From: Alphaproteobacteria bacterium
Lineage (GTDB): Bacteria > Pseudomonadota > Alphaproteobacteria > UBA9655
Direction of reading: 5' to 3'
Assembly (NCBI GenBank): GCA_021731585.1
Contig: JAKFXB010000124.1
Span: forward strand, 9,313-73,312
DNA: 64,000 nt
Below, piece by piece: positions 54,072 to 63,873 of this stretch. How positions within the stretch are numbered: the first letter of the stretch is position 1; each line of letters opens with the position of its first letter. The translations under genes were made by a program, and so were the position numbers. The notes beneath the pieces were generated by a model, which saw only the letters and a list, made by a program, of their open reading frames with translations, was not told the origin of the DNA and made no database searches.

Positions 54072-54136
54072 ACTTATCCGGAGCATACTCCCTAAAAGTT
54101 GTCTTTTCTAGGAGTATGATCCCTAAAAGTTTGAAA
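54072..54136. repeat. repeat B' (copy of 53910-53974, no ORF attached)
   Basis: 65 nt with 5 mismatches to B. It is separated from A' by only 15 nt. Confidence 0.9.
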
Positions 54137-54212
54137 ATTGATAATCATAGAATTAGGTAGGGCACAGTCATCCAGCTTATATAAAGAGAAACAGAGGCTG
54201 GATGAACATAGC

Positions 54213-55145
54213 CTATTTAAAATGCTTCCTCAGCCAGTTTTTAGCTGTAGGACTAATTTTATCATCTGCCAGAACAGCTTCATAAACGGCGTCTTTGTGG
54301 GCCTGGTCATCGCCACATATTTCAGTAAGAATATCATTCCACAACTTCAATACGGCATCGGATGGTTGGGTCTCCACTTGATCCAAAATTGCGTAAATCC
54401 AACTTTTGTGGTATTCACTCGTTGCCTTATCCAGCCAAGCGACAACTTTAGGAGGCACATCTGTATAGCCGCCTTTAAAGCCCTTTTCCCAAAGAGTTGT
54501 CCGTAAGGTTGCATGCTCTTTGGAAAACACAGTATTCACCCAGTCCATGCAGCGTTTACCCATCTCAATACCCAAATCACTGACGGGGTCCTGATCTAAA
54601 TTGGCCTCAACCTCTTTGATCAACTCAAACCATTTCTTCCGAGAAGCTTCTGCTTCTTGTTTTGTAAATCGGGTTGCTAAACCTTGTTCAAAGCTTGCAT
54701 ATTCTTTGAGCTCAGCTGGGTTAAGGGCCTTCTCGACCCATGCGTATTTTATTTCTTTTGTCATTTGATAATCCTCTATCAATTTAAGTATGGTTTTCCA
54801 CGGAACGGGTTTACGGTGGCTACTCTCACAGAGAATGGTCTCAAGGGTTTGACTCGCCGTTTGCAAAGTTTTCACCTGTTGCTCAAGGAATTTTTGCTGT
54901 GCGCGGAAATGATCAAAAATATTAATCTCTTCCTGCATCAAGGTTTTGATGCGCCCTAACTCAAAGCCAAAGAACTTTAAAGCCAGAATCTGTTGTAACT
55001 TCAATAAATCCGCTTCAGAGTACACACGATAGTTATTCTCCAGCCTTATAGACGGCTTCAGCAGGCCGATTTTGTCGTAATGATGCAAGGTTCGCACCGA
55101 AACTTTCGTCAACTTGCTGAGTTCTTTCACATACCACTGGGTCAT
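54213..55145 (-). CDS. MerR family transcriptional regulator with large C-terminal (TipAS-like) effector domain
   Basis: N-terminal HTH YVKELSKLTKVSVRTLHHYDKIGLLKPS, a coiled-coil dimerisation helix, and a C-terminal domain of about 190 aa. Confidence 0.85.
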   Translation of the reverse strand: MTQWYVKELSKLTKVSVRTLHHYDKIGLLKPSIRLENNYRVYSEADLLKLQQILALKFFGFELGRIKTLMQEEINIFDHFRAQQKFLEQQVKTLQTASQTLETILCESSHRKPVPWKTILKLIEDYQMTKEIKYAWVEKALNPAELKEYASFEQGLATRFTKQEAEASRKKWFELIKEVEANLDQDPVSDLGIEMGKRCMDWVNTVFSKEHATLRTTLWEKGFKGGYTDVPPKVVAWLDKATSEYHKSWIYAILDQVETQPSDAVLKLWNDILTEICGDDQAHKDAVYEAVLADDKISPTAKNWLRKHFK

Positions 55146-55166
55146 CGTTTTTTCTCCTTGTTTCCT

Positions 55167-55197
55167 AAACTAGGGGATGACGTAAGGTCAGGGTCAA
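55167..55197 (-). promoter_or_regulatory. MerR-type promoter with 19-nt spacer
   Basis: On the minus strand: TTGACC (55197-55192), the 19-nt spacer ctgaccttacgtcatcccc, then TAGTTT (55172-55167). AAGGAG RBS and the ATG lie about 20 nt downstream. Confidence 0.4.
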
Positions 55198-55278
55198 GAG
55201 GTTTTTTTAATTGAAATTAAAAGAGAGTCGCGCCCATTGATTTGAGCCCAACCCGTAAGGCCTAGAGTTAGAAGGTGC

Positions 55279-56283
55279 CTAAAGCTCACTCATCGCAACT
55301 GCGGTATCAGCCATACGGTTGGAAAAACCCCATTCGTTATCGTACCAGGACAAGATGCGACAGAAAGTGCCATCCACAACATGGGTTTCCGTGAGGTCAA
55401 AGATAGAGCTGGCGGGGTTATGATTAAAATCAACGGATACTAAGGGTTCATCATTCACCGCTAAAATGCCTTGAAGTTCTCCTTCGGCCGCCTGTGCCAT
55501 CAAACCATTAATTTCTTCCTTGGTTGTAGGCCGTGAAGCTGTAAATTTTAAATCCACGAGGGAGACATTTGGCGTTGGAACACGAACGGCGGTGCCGTCT
55601 AATTTTCCCTTAAGTTCCGGCAAAACAAGTCCCACGGCCTTTGCAGCCCCCGTGGAGGCAGGGATAAGAGAAACCGCCGCTGCGCGGGCGCGGCGAAGGT
55701 CTTGGTGAATTGTATCCACCAGCCGTTGATCACCTGTATAAGAATGAATGGTTGTCATGAAGCCGTGTTTGATACCTATGGCCTTGTGAAGAACATAGGC
55801 GACTGGCGCTAAACAATTGGTGGTACAGGACGCATTGGAGACAACTTTATGCTCCGGCTTTAATTCCTTATTATTGACACCCCAAACAACGGTTAAATCG
55901 GCGCCTTCAGCCGGGGCTGAAATCAAAACTTTCTTAGCGCCGGCAGAGAGGTGTTTTGCCGCGTCTTCACGCTTTGTAAAGCGTCCAGAGCATTCCATGG
56001 CCACATCAATGTTTAAGTCCTTCCAAGGCAGTTGCGCGGGGTAGGGAATAGCAAAAACCTTAATGGGGTGCCCATTGATTTTGAGACCATCCTCAACAAC
56101 TTCCACCGTTCCGGGAAAAGCACCATGGACGGAATCGTACTTAAAAAGATGGGCATTATCCGCAATAGACCCCAAATCATTGATGGCCACAACTTCAACG
56201 TCAGAGCGACGATTTTCCATAATAGCTCTAAGAACAAGGCGGCCAATGCGGCCAAATCCATTAATAGCAACTTTATATGTCAT
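55279..56283 (-). CDS. gap: glyceraldehyde-3-phosphate dehydrogenase
   Basis: INGFGRIGR and the active site [12 protein letters not shown]. The start overlaps the tkt stop by 4 nt. Confidence 0.95.
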   Translation of the reverse strand: MTYKVAINGFGRIGRLVLRAIMENRRSDVEVVAINDLGSIADNAHLFKYDSVHGAFPGTVEVVEDGLKINGHPIKVFAIPYPAQLPWKDLNIDVAMECSGRFTKREDAAKHLSAGAKKVLISAPAEGADLTVVWGVNNKELKPEHKVVSNASCTTNCLAPVAYVLHKAIGIKHGFMTTIHSYTGDQRLVDTIHQDLRRARAAAVSLIPASTGAAKAVGLVLPELKGKLDGTAVRVPTPNVSLVDLKFTASRPTTKEEINGLMAQAAEGELQGILAVNDEPLVSVDFNHNPASSIFDLTETHVVDGTFCRILSWYDNEWGFSNRMADTAVAMSEL

Positions 56284-58265
56284 CGTTTCTTCCCTTCAAT
56301 AATATTAACAATATGCTCAGCAGTCAGGCCAAATTTTTCATATAAGATTTCCTGAGGTGCTGACGCTCCAAAATGATCGAGTCCCACGATGGCGCCATTT
56401 TCTCCCACGTACCTTTCCCACCCAAAGGAAGAGGCCGCTTCAATAGCCAGACGGAATGTGTTGATGCCTAAGACCTCATTTTTATAGGCTTGATCCTGTT
56501 TGTCAAACAGCTCCCAACAGGGCATGGAAACTACGGCCGTTGGCGTTCCTTTTTCTTCTAAAAGACCTTGGGCTTTAAGGGCGATCTCTACTTCAGAGCC
56601 GGTAGCCAAAAGGGTGACTTTTCGGGGCCCCGTGGATGGTTTTAAAACATATGCACCCCGGGCAGAAAAATTCTCTGAAACATCTTCCCGCAGAAGAGGA
56701 AGCTTTTGGCGGGTTAAAGCCAAAATGGAAGGAGAGGTTTTTGATTCAAGGGAAAGTTGCCAACATTCAGCAACCTCTACCGCATCACAAGGCCTAAAGA
56801 CTTGAAGGTTTGGAATCGCTCTTAGGGAAGCCAGATGTTCAATAGGTTGATGGGTAGGCCCATCTTCGCCAAGGCCAATGGAATCATGGGTCATCACATA
56901 AATAACGCGAATTCCCATTAATGCAGACAGACGAATGGATGGACGACAATAGTCGGTGAAGGTTAAGAAGGTACCGCCATAGGGGATAAATCCGCCATGA
57001 AGAGCGATTCCATTCATAGCAGCAGCCATGCCGTGCTCGCGCACACCGTAATAGAGATAACGGCCCCCAAAATTATGAGTTTCAACTCCTATCATATCCT
57101 TGGCTTTTGTATTGTTTGAGCCTGTCAGATCCGCTGATCCGCCCACCAACTCAGGAAGCCCAGGAGAAATTATATCCAAAACCATTTGGGAGGATTGACG
57201 CGTCGCGACAGCTGTTTTTTCAGCCACAAATTTTTCACAAAGCTCTTTAAGGGGAACTGTCCATTCTTGGGGCAAAGTGCCTTGGAGGCGCCGCTCAAAT
57301 TCGGCCTTCTTTTCATTCTTGGCAAGACATTCTGCCCAGGCGCTGACGGTTGATTGATGACGTTTTCCTGCTTGCCGCCAGGCCTCAAGAAGGGGGGCGG
57401 GAATCTCAAAGGGAGGATAAGGCCATCCAATATTTTCCCGTGTGGCTTTTATTTCTTCTTCTCCTAAGGGAGAGCCATGGGCAGCAGACGTTCCGGCTTT
57501 GTGAGGAGCGCCCTGAGCAATTTTTGTTTTGCAAGCAATGAGGAATGGTTTTGTAGCCAATTGGGCTTTCGCAAGGGCCGCATCAATTTCCTTGAAATTA
57601 TGTCCATCAATAGTTATTGCATCCCACCCAGAGGCTTTAAAACGCGCCAGTTGATCATCGGAGACAGAAAGATCTGTTGAACCGTCAATCGTGATACGAT
57701 TGTCATCAAATAAAACCACAAGATTATCCAATTGCAAATGGCCGGCCATTGAAATGGCTTCATGGGAGATGCCCTCCATCAGGCAACCATCCCCTACAAT
57801 CACATAGGTTTTATGGTCAACGAGCTCTTTTCCAAACTGAGCTTTCAGCATTTTCTCGGCCATTGCCATGCCAACAGCGTTCCCTAGACCTTGGCCCAAG
57901 GGGCCAGTGGTGGTCTCAATGCCAGCAGCAAAGCCATATTCAGGATGTCCTGCCGTTCGGCTGTCCCATTGGCGAAAGTTTTTAAGCTCTTCAAGAGTCA
58001 TGTCTTGATAGCCCGTTAAATAAAGGAGGGAGTAAAGCAACATAGACCCATGCCCTGCAGAAAGGACAAAGCGATCCCGATCAGGCCAATGAGGAGCGGC
58101 GGCATCAAATTTTAAATATTTTGTGAAGAGAACGGTGGCCACATCCGCCATTCCCATAGGCATGCCTGGGTGACCTGATTTCGCACGTTCTACACCATCC
58201 ATTGAAAGGGCACGGATGGCACCAGCCATCATCTCTAAAGACACGGCAGAGGAATTTTCGCTCAT
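56280..58265 (-). CDS. tkt: transketolase
   Basis: [26 protein letters not shown] and the pyrimidine-binding domain. The start at 58265 (MSENSS...) is preferred over the ORF-track start at 58361. Confidence 0.93.
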   Translation of the reverse strand: MSENSSAVSLEMMAGAIRALSMDGVERAKSGHPGMPMGMADVATVLFTKYLKFDAAAPHWPDRDRFVLSAGHGSMLLYSLLYLTGYQDMTLEELKNFRQWDSRTAGHPEYGFAAGIETTTGPLGQGLGNAVGMAMAEKMLKAQFGKELVDHKTYVIVGDGCLMEGISHEAISMAGHLQLDNLVVLFDDNRITIDGSTDLSVSDDQLARFKASGWDAITIDGHNFKEIDAALAKAQLATKPFLIACKTKIAQGAPHKAGTSAAHGSPLGEEEIKATRENIGWPYPPFEIPAPLLEAWRQAGKRHQSTVSAWAECLAKNEKKAEFERRLQGTLPQEWTVPLKELCEKFVAEKTAVATRQSSQMVLDIISPGLPELVGGSADLTGSNNTKAKDMIGVETHNFGGRYLYYGVREHGMAAAMNGIALHGGFIPYGGTFLTFTDYCRPSIRLSALMGIRVIYVMTHDSIGLGEDGPTHQPIEHLASLRAIPNLQVFRPCDAVEVAECWQLSLESKTSPSILALTRQKLPLLREDVSENFSARGAYVLKPSTGPRKVTLLATGSEVEIALKAQGLLEEKGTPTAVVSMPCWELFDKQDQAYKNEVLGINTFRLAIEAASSFGWERYVGENGAIVGLDHFGASAPQEILYEKFGLTAEHIVNIIEGKKR

Positions 58266-58403
58266 ATGAACTCTATTTATTTGTTGATTCATTCTTGCAA
58301 GATGCCTTTCTCTGAAACCCACGTCAACAGGGAAGCGTAAAGAAAAAGAGAACCTTTTCATTTAATAGTTTTCACAAGCTCTTTTTTCCCTTAAAACAAG
58401 GGC

Positions 58404-58928
58404 ATGAATATTACGGATGATCAGTTTCGCAAAACACTCGGCCTTTTCCCCACAGGGGTTACGGTGGTAACGGCCTGTAGCGAATCCAAAGGACACATTG
58501 GGATTACCATTAGCTCTTTCACCTCTGTTTCCTTAACACCGCCACAAATTCTGTTTTGCCTGTCACGCAAATCCAGAACCCATCCGATTTTTAAGGATTC
58601 CGTTTACTTTGTCGTGAATATCCTTAATAAAGATCAAGTTCATCTTTCTGAAGGGTTTGCCAATCACACCGCCTTAAGATTGGAGGAGATTGCAACCTCG
58701 CACCATGAAAAATCTGGTTGTCTTCTTATTGGTGAGGCTATGGGCCATATTGTATGTAAAAAAAGCGCCATCTATGATGGAGGCGACCACGACATCATCG
58801 TGGGTAAAGTGATTGATCTAACCGCTGATCCCGATCACTTTCCCCTTATTCGTCAAAGGGGAAAGTATCATACAACGGGAGACCTAACCCCTTCTTCAAA
58901 ATTAATTAAGTGTCCCGGGACAACTTAA
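58404..58928 (+). CDS. flavin reductase family protein (HpaC/RutF-like)
   Basis: FRKTLGLFPTGVTVVT N-terminal signature in 174 aa. Confidence 0.85.
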   Translation: MNITDDQFRKTLGLFPTGVTVVTACSESKGHIGITISSFTSVSLTPPQILFCLSRKSRTHPIFKDSVYFVVNILNKDQVHLSEGFANHTALRLEEIATSHHEKSGCLLIGEAMGHIVCKKSAIYDGGDHDIIVGKVIDLTADPDHFPLIRQRGKYHTTGDLTPSSKLIKCPGTT

Positions 58929-59431
58929 CCTTATGGGCGGCAGTTTTACTTATAGATAAAGATCAGAAGGATTCCTCGAAGATTCTAGCTAGTTTCAAAT
59001 CTTCTCATTCGACTTCACCTTCCTCAGGCTCTACCTCTAAGGGAGTCCGTGACCACTCTTCTCCTGCCCATGAGGGCGCCCCTTCTGAGAGCCCCCTAGG
59101 GGAAAAGTGTTCACTTTCTCCACTTCCAATAATCTCATCCTGAAAAGAAAAAGTCAAAGAAATGACATCATATGGCTAATTAAGATTTTCCAGGAAATGA
59201 TGAGAAATATAATCGGAGAGGTATATGTGATTAATTTTTCAACATTTTCATTAGTAGCCCCTGATATAATTTTTCCTTCCTTTTTTTATTTAAAATGAAT
59301 ACGCTTAAATATCCCTTTCATACTGAAAGGGGTCAACTCAATCAATGGAGACTGATTATGCATCACCATCATCATAAAAACTTTTTATTTACTGAAATAA
59401 TACAACAACTTAAACGAATGAGGGCCTTAAA

Positions 59432-60349
59432 ATGTTATACTATAAAAATTTATTTCAACTTATAAAACTGACTTTTATATTTTTATTACTCTCCCTTTCT
59501 TCCGCTCAAAGTTCTCCCACAAAAATTTCCATCCTCCAACTTGTTGAACACCCTGCCTTAGATGCAACGCGAGAAGGTTTTCTCGAAGAGCTAAATAAAT
59601 TAGGGTATCGAGAAGGGGAAAATCTTATTTTAGAGTTTCAATCGGCTCAAGGAAATCCTACTTTAGCAGCTCAAATCGCTCAAAAATTCATGTCAGATCA
59701 GCCAGATGTGATTGTGGCCATCCCCACAACTGCAGCTCAAGCCGCTATGGCTGCAACGAAAGACACAGATATTCCTGTGGTCTTTAGTTCGGTGACCGAC
59801 CCCCTTGCTGCAAAGCTCGTCACTAGTTTGAAGACCCCAGGAAGACATGTCACAGGCGTGTCAAACTTTGTGTCTGTTGAACCTCAATTCAAGCTCTTTA
59901 AGCGTGTTCTCCCCACCTTAAAAACCTTGGGGGTGATCTATAACCCCGGGGAAGCGAACTCGACAGCGTTGAATGCCATGATGGAAAAAGCGGCGCCTTC
60001 CTTTGATTTGACTTTGGTGATGGCGGTGGCTTCCAAAACAAGTGACGTGATGGCAGCAACACGCAGCCTTTGCGGGAAGGTGGATGCTGTATTCATTAAC
60101 AATGATAACACGGCACTGAGCGCTTTTAAAAGTGTGGTGAAAGCGGCGCAAGCCTGCGGCATTCCTGCTTTTGTCAGTGATATCGATATTGCTGATCAAG
60201 GGGCTCTTGCGGCCCTTGGTCCTGATCAACGTGAGATAGGACGGCAAACGGCACGGATGGTGGATTTTATTTTAAAAAATCCTGACAAGCCACTGCCTTC
60301 TGTCGAATTTCCCCAGAAAACAGAGGAGTACATTAATAAAGAGAACTGA
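59432..60349 (+). CDS. ABC transporter substrate-binding protein (ABC_sub_bind/DUF534 type), orphan
   Basis: Signal peptide, then ISILQLVEHPALDATREGF, VIYNPGEANS and FINNDNT motifs. No permease or ATPase genes are adjacent. Confidence 0.8.
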   Translation: MLYYKNLFQLIKLTFIFLLLSLSSAQSSPTKISILQLVEHPALDATREGFLEELNKLGYREGENLILEFQSAQGNPTLAAQIAQKFMSDQPDVIVAIPTTAAQAAMAATKDTDIPVVFSSVTDPLAAKLVTSLKTPGRHVTGVSNFVSVEPQFKLFKRVLPTLKTLGVIYNPGEANSTALNAMMEKAAPSFDLTLVMAVASKTSDVMAATRSLCGKVDAVFINNDNTALSAFKSVVKAAQACGIPAFVSDIDIADQGALAALGPDQREIGRQTARMVDFILKNPDKPLPSVEFPQKTEEYINKEN

Positions 60350-60474
60350 GGATACTTAATATCTCGTCGGTTTACCGGCGAGGTATTTTATAAATACAGA
60401 TGAATTATAAAGCGGTTGACAAAATATAAAATGTAAAAGTAATGTAAAAATGTAAACTTTTTAAGGAGCTTATT

Positions 60475-61008
60475 ATGAAAAAACTATTGTTATCTCTTAT
60501 CCTTTCTTCATCAATGCTGCATTGTTCTGTTGCGTTCGCAGATACCACTAACGATGAACCCAATGACGACGAACAACCATCTATGGTAATGGCACACCCG
60601 CCTGCTGCGGCATTCGAAGCTGCATTTGCGGCGCATTCTCAAGACGAGGAACAACCATGTCTAATGGCACAGCCGCCTGCAGTATTTGAAGCTGCAGCTG
60701 CATTGTATCCATCTGCAAAATTATTTCAACGTCATACCGCCTCTGGTTTAATTCCGGTAGGACCTGAAGAGGGTATTGTATTAGGAAAGACGTATTATGG
60801 CATAAGCTCTTCTGAAGAAGTTCCATTTGAGCCGATTTCTGCAGAGACCTGCCAACTTTTAAGAAATTACTATATAGATGCAGTTGTATTTTTTGAACAA
60901 ATCCCAGGATCCCCTGACAAACGAAAGGCTACTTTAACCGTACGTGAAGGTACAGAACATGAACGTTCAATTAATTTGTTTCTGAGTGTCATTACGCCCC
61001 AGTCATAA
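60475..61008 (+). CDS. hypothetical secreted protein with internal tandem duplication
   Basis: Signal peptide. The unit DEQPSMVMAHPPAAAFEAAFAA is repeated as EEQPCLMAQPPAVFEAAAAL. Confidence 0.55.
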   Translation: MKKLLLSLILSSSMLHCSVAFADTTNDEPNDDEQPSMVMAHPPAAAFEAAFAAHSQDEEQPCLMAQPPAVFEAAAALYPSAKLFQRHTASGLIPVGPEEGIVLGKTYYGISSSEEVPFEPISAETCQLLRNYYIDAVVFFEQIPGSPDKRKATLTVREGTEHERSINLFLSVITPQS

Positions 61009-61224
61009 GTGGAAAGAATATCTCCTGGAGCGAAAACTCCGAATTTTTAATTTAACAGCGATCGAGAGGGGGCTTATGCCCCCTACTCTCACATCACCAC
61101 ACCAGTGAACCGTATACGGAGCTGGGATAGTCTCTAGACAGTTATCTCTTTCATTTTAATAAACCTATACTCTTTGAAATTCCTTATTGCTTCATCTCCC
61201 CAGTCTGTTTATAGTCTGCCTGTT

Positions 61225-61301
61225 CGGAGCGTAGCGCAGGCCGGTAGCGCACCACGCTGGGGGTGTGGGGGTCGTGGGTTCAAATCCCGCCGCTCCGACC
61301 A
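61225..61301 (+). tRNA. tRNA-Pro (anticodon GGG)
   Basis: cggagcg ta gcgc aggccggta gcgc a ccacg ctGGGgg tgtgg gggtc gtggg ttcaaat cccgc cgctccg a cca. The acceptor stem is perfect. Confidence 0.9.
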
Positions 61302-61426
61302 GTCAATGCCTCATTTTTCCATGGGGTAGTATAATACCACATCTGTTTTTCATTAAATTCCCTTGACATTTTGATGGTTGCCGATTATTAACTCTCCATT
61401 GGACTTTAAATTAGAGGTGAAGGAAA

Positions 61427-61891
61427 ATGAAAACCTACTCAATGAAAGCCAGTGAGATTGATAAGAAGTGGTACGTTATTGATGCCACGGATCTTGTGTT
61501 AGGACGCTTAGCTTCTGTCGTTGCAAACTATTTGCGCGGCAAGCACAAGCCAACTTTCACCCCTCACATGGATTGCGGTGATAACATTATTATTGTGAAT
61601 GCAGAAAAAGTACGCCTTACGGGCAATAAGCTTAAGGATAAAAAGTTTTATTGGCACACAGGCCATCCCGGTGGAATCAAAGAAAGAACAATGAGTCAGC
61701 TTTTGGAAGGAAAATATCCAGAGCGCGTTGTTTTCAAAGCCGTTGAACGTATGATCACCCGCGGTCCTTTAGGACGCAGGCAAATGGGTGCTTTAAAGAT
61801 TTATGCTGGCGCCGCCCATCCCCATGAGGCACAAACCCCTCAGCCCTTGGACGTAGCTTCAATGAACCCTAAAAATAAAAGGAGCGACTGA
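61427..61891 (+). CDS. rplM: 50S ribosomal protein L13
   Basis: [18 protein letters not shown]..., in the conserved rplM-rpsI pair. Confidence 0.96.
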   Translation: MKTYSMKASEIDKKWYVIDATDLVLGRLASVVANYLRGKHKPTFTPHMDCGDNIIIVNAEKVRLTGNKLKDKKFYWHTGHPGGIKERTMSQLLEGKYPERVVFKAVERMITRGPLGRRQMGALKIYAGAAHPHEAQTPQPLDVASMNPKNKRSD

Positions 61892-61893
61892 TC

Positions 61894-62394
61894 ATGGATA
61901 AAGTCAGCCTTGAAACACTAAAGTCTGCTGTGTCCGAAAAAGCAGCAGTTATAACAGGAGTCACGCCTTCAAAAGACGCTCCTCTTCCTGAGCCCAAAAT
62001 TGATGCTCAAGGAAGATCTTATGCTACCGGTAAAAGAAAAGATGCCGTTGCCCGCGTATGGATTAAACCTGGCAAAGGAAAAATCAAAGTAAACAATCGT
62101 GAAGATACAGTTTATTTTGCGCGTCCCGTTTTGCGTATGTTGATCAATCAACCCTTTGTGACTGCAAATCGCCAGGAACAGTACGATGTCATTTGTACCG
62201 TTTCCGGAGGAGGCCTTTCCGGCCAAGCCGGTGCTGTGCGTCATGGCATCAGCAAAGCTTTGACACTTTATGAGCCTGCATTAAGAACTATCTTGAAAAA
62301 AGAAGGATTCTTGACAAGAGATGCGCGTGTTGTTGAACGTAAAAAGTACGGTCACAAAAAAGCCCGTCGAAGCTTCCAATTCTCCAAACGTTAA
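61894..62394 (+). CDS. rpsI: 30S ribosomal protein S9
   Basis: [19 protein letters not shown], and a C-terminal [17 protein letters not shown]. Confidence 0.96.
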   Translation: MDKVSLETLKSAVSEKAAVITGVTPSKDAPLPEPKIDAQGRSYATGKRKDAVARVWIKPGKGKIKVNNREDTVYFARPVLRMLINQPFVTANRQEQYDVICTVSGGGLSGQAGAVRHGISKALTLYEPALRTILKKEGFLTRDARVVERKKYGHKKARRSFQFSKR

Positions 62395-62411
62395 ACTTTA
62401 CGTCTTTGAAA

Positions 62412-62437
62412 AAGGGGGCTTCGGCCTCCTTTTTTTT
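62412..62437 (+). terminator. Rho-independent terminator after rpsI
   Basis: aagggggc ttcg gcctcctt followed by TTTTTTT. Confidence 0.7.
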
Positions 62438-62607
62438 GAAAAAAACTCTTTATACCAATCAAATTCGTAGCTAGACTACGAATGTGAGTATTGAAAAAAA
62501 ATCTTGCGAATAAAGCATCCTAAAAACACAGACTAAGCTGAAATACAAAACATTCCCCTAGAAATCCCACCCTTCCTATTATATGCTTCATAACCTTAAT
62601 AAAAAAA

Positions 62608-63813
62608 ATGGATCCTCGTTTCATGAGTTCAGCACAATCCTCACGGCTTCTTTTACCTATTTTATGCCTGCTCATGGCCATAGGCTTTTTTTCAACGGCA
62701 ATCTATCTTCCCTCTTTTCCAGCCATTGGAGACGCGCTACATGCACGTCCCGAACAGGTTCAAAAAACTCTTGCTCTTTTCTTTTTAGGATCGGCTATAG
62801 GAAGTTTAATTCTCGGCCCCCTTGCTGATCGATTGGGACGACTTGTTGTTGCCAAGGGGGGAATCATTCTCTTTATCCTTACGAGTTTTTGGTGTGCCGA
62901 ATCACATGATATTTTTAGTCTTCAAATCGCTCGTTTTCTTCAAGGATTTGCCGCCGGAGCCGGCCCACTGGTCGTGCGCGCCATGGGCCGTGATCTTTAT
63001 GAAGGGGCTGATTTAACGCGTTTTTCAGCCACGACAATGATGGTGGCCTCCTTTTCCCCCGCCATTGCTCCTACTTTGGGAGGATTTCTTCAATCGGCCT
63101 TTGGCTGGAAATATAATTTTTATTTTTTGATGGGGTTTGGGATAATTATTGCTCTAATGGTTTGGAGGTGGCTTCCTGAAACAAAACCTTTGTCAGAAGA
63201 GAAAATATCCCTTTCTTCCATTCTTAAAAATTACGTTACCTTATTTAAGGATCCTTCTTATACCCTTTTTTGTCTTGTGATTGGCCTGCAGATGGGAGCA
63301 ATTTTTTGCTACGTTACTTTTTCGCCCTATCTTTTCATCACACACTTTAACTTTAGCCCTGAAGAGTATGGCGCCTTAGGGATTATCGGTGCTATTGGCA
63401 ATATTTCAGGATTTAACTTTGCGCGATACCTGGCGCACCGCATTCAGTTTCATCAAGGAATCCTTATAGGGAGCTTCCTAAGTTTGTGTTTAAGTGTCAT
63501 CTTTCTAAGCATTTGTCTTTTATTTTCCCCAACAGCATTGATCGTAATTCTTTTTACCATTGGGTTTTATGCGGCCTCTGCTCTAGCCGTCGTTAATGCC
63601 TCAACAGCTTCTATGAATTTATTTCCTAAAATTGCAGGCGTCGCCTCCGCCATGGTGGGATCTATTCAAATTGGATCAGGATTTATAGGAAGTATTCTTG
63701 CAAGTTTCCTTCCAACAACACCTCTTATCCTCGCCATTGTTTTAACAAGCATGATGTTTTTAAGTTTTATAGTAAGTTTTATCATTGCTAGGAAAAGGTG
63801 GCTGGGGCGGTAG
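62608..63813 (+). CDS. MFS drug/metabolite transporter (Bcr/CflA-like)
   Basis: 401 aa with 12 TM segments. LPSFPAIGDAL and GPLADRLGR motifs. Confidence 0.85.
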   Translation: MDPRFMSSAQSSRLLLPILCLLMAIGFFSTAIYLPSFPAIGDALHARPEQVQKTLALFFLGSAIGSLILGPLADRLGRLVVAKGGIILFILTSFWCAESHDIFSLQIARFLQGFAAGAGPLVVRAMGRDLYEGADLTRFSATTMMVASFSPAIAPTLGGFLQSAFGWKYNFYFLMGFGIIIALMVWRWLPETKPLSEEKISLSSILKNYVTLFKDPSYTLFCLVIGLQMGAIFCYVTFSPYLFITHFNFSPEEYGALGIIGAIGNISGFNFARYLAHRIQFHQGILIGSFLSLCLSVIFLSICLLFSPTALIVILFTIGFYAASALAVVNASTASMNLFPKIAGVASAMVGSIQIGSGFIGSILASFLPTTPLILAIVLTSMMFLSFIVSFIIARKRWLGR

Positions 63814-63873
63814 GAATCGAACCTACGAATGGCGGTACCAAAAACCGCTGCCTTACCGCTTGGCTACGCCCCA
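63799..63873 (-). tRNA. tRNA-Gln (anticodon TTG)
   Basis: The reverse complement tggggcgtagccaagcggtaaggcagcggtttTTGgtaccgccattcgtaggttcgattcctaccgccccagcca is very close to the E. coli tRNA-Gln I remember. CCA is encoded. Confidence 0.9.

Noticed and set aside
53910-54136. CRISPR-like array
   Set aside because: There are only two copies of a 65-nt block, separated by a duplicated gene fragment. There is no regular repeat-spacer periodicity and no cas genes in the window.
54138-54506. 122-aa + strand ORF
   Set aside because: It is antisense to the C-terminal domain of the MerR-family gene and begins inside repeat B'. There is no support.
55520-56355. Several 60-107-aa ORFs on both strands within gap
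   Set aside because: All overlap the strongly supported GAPDH gene. None has independent signals.
58910-59143. 77-aa Ser-rich ORF after the flavin reductase gene
   Set aside because: It is low-complexity, overlaps the flavin reductase stop, and has no start context. The region looks like decayed non-coding sequence.
59358-59465. 35-codon mini-ORF starting MHHHHHK
   Set aside because: It has no RBS, overlaps the start of the substrate-binding protein gene out of frame, and a His run can arise by chance in cat/cac-rich sequence.
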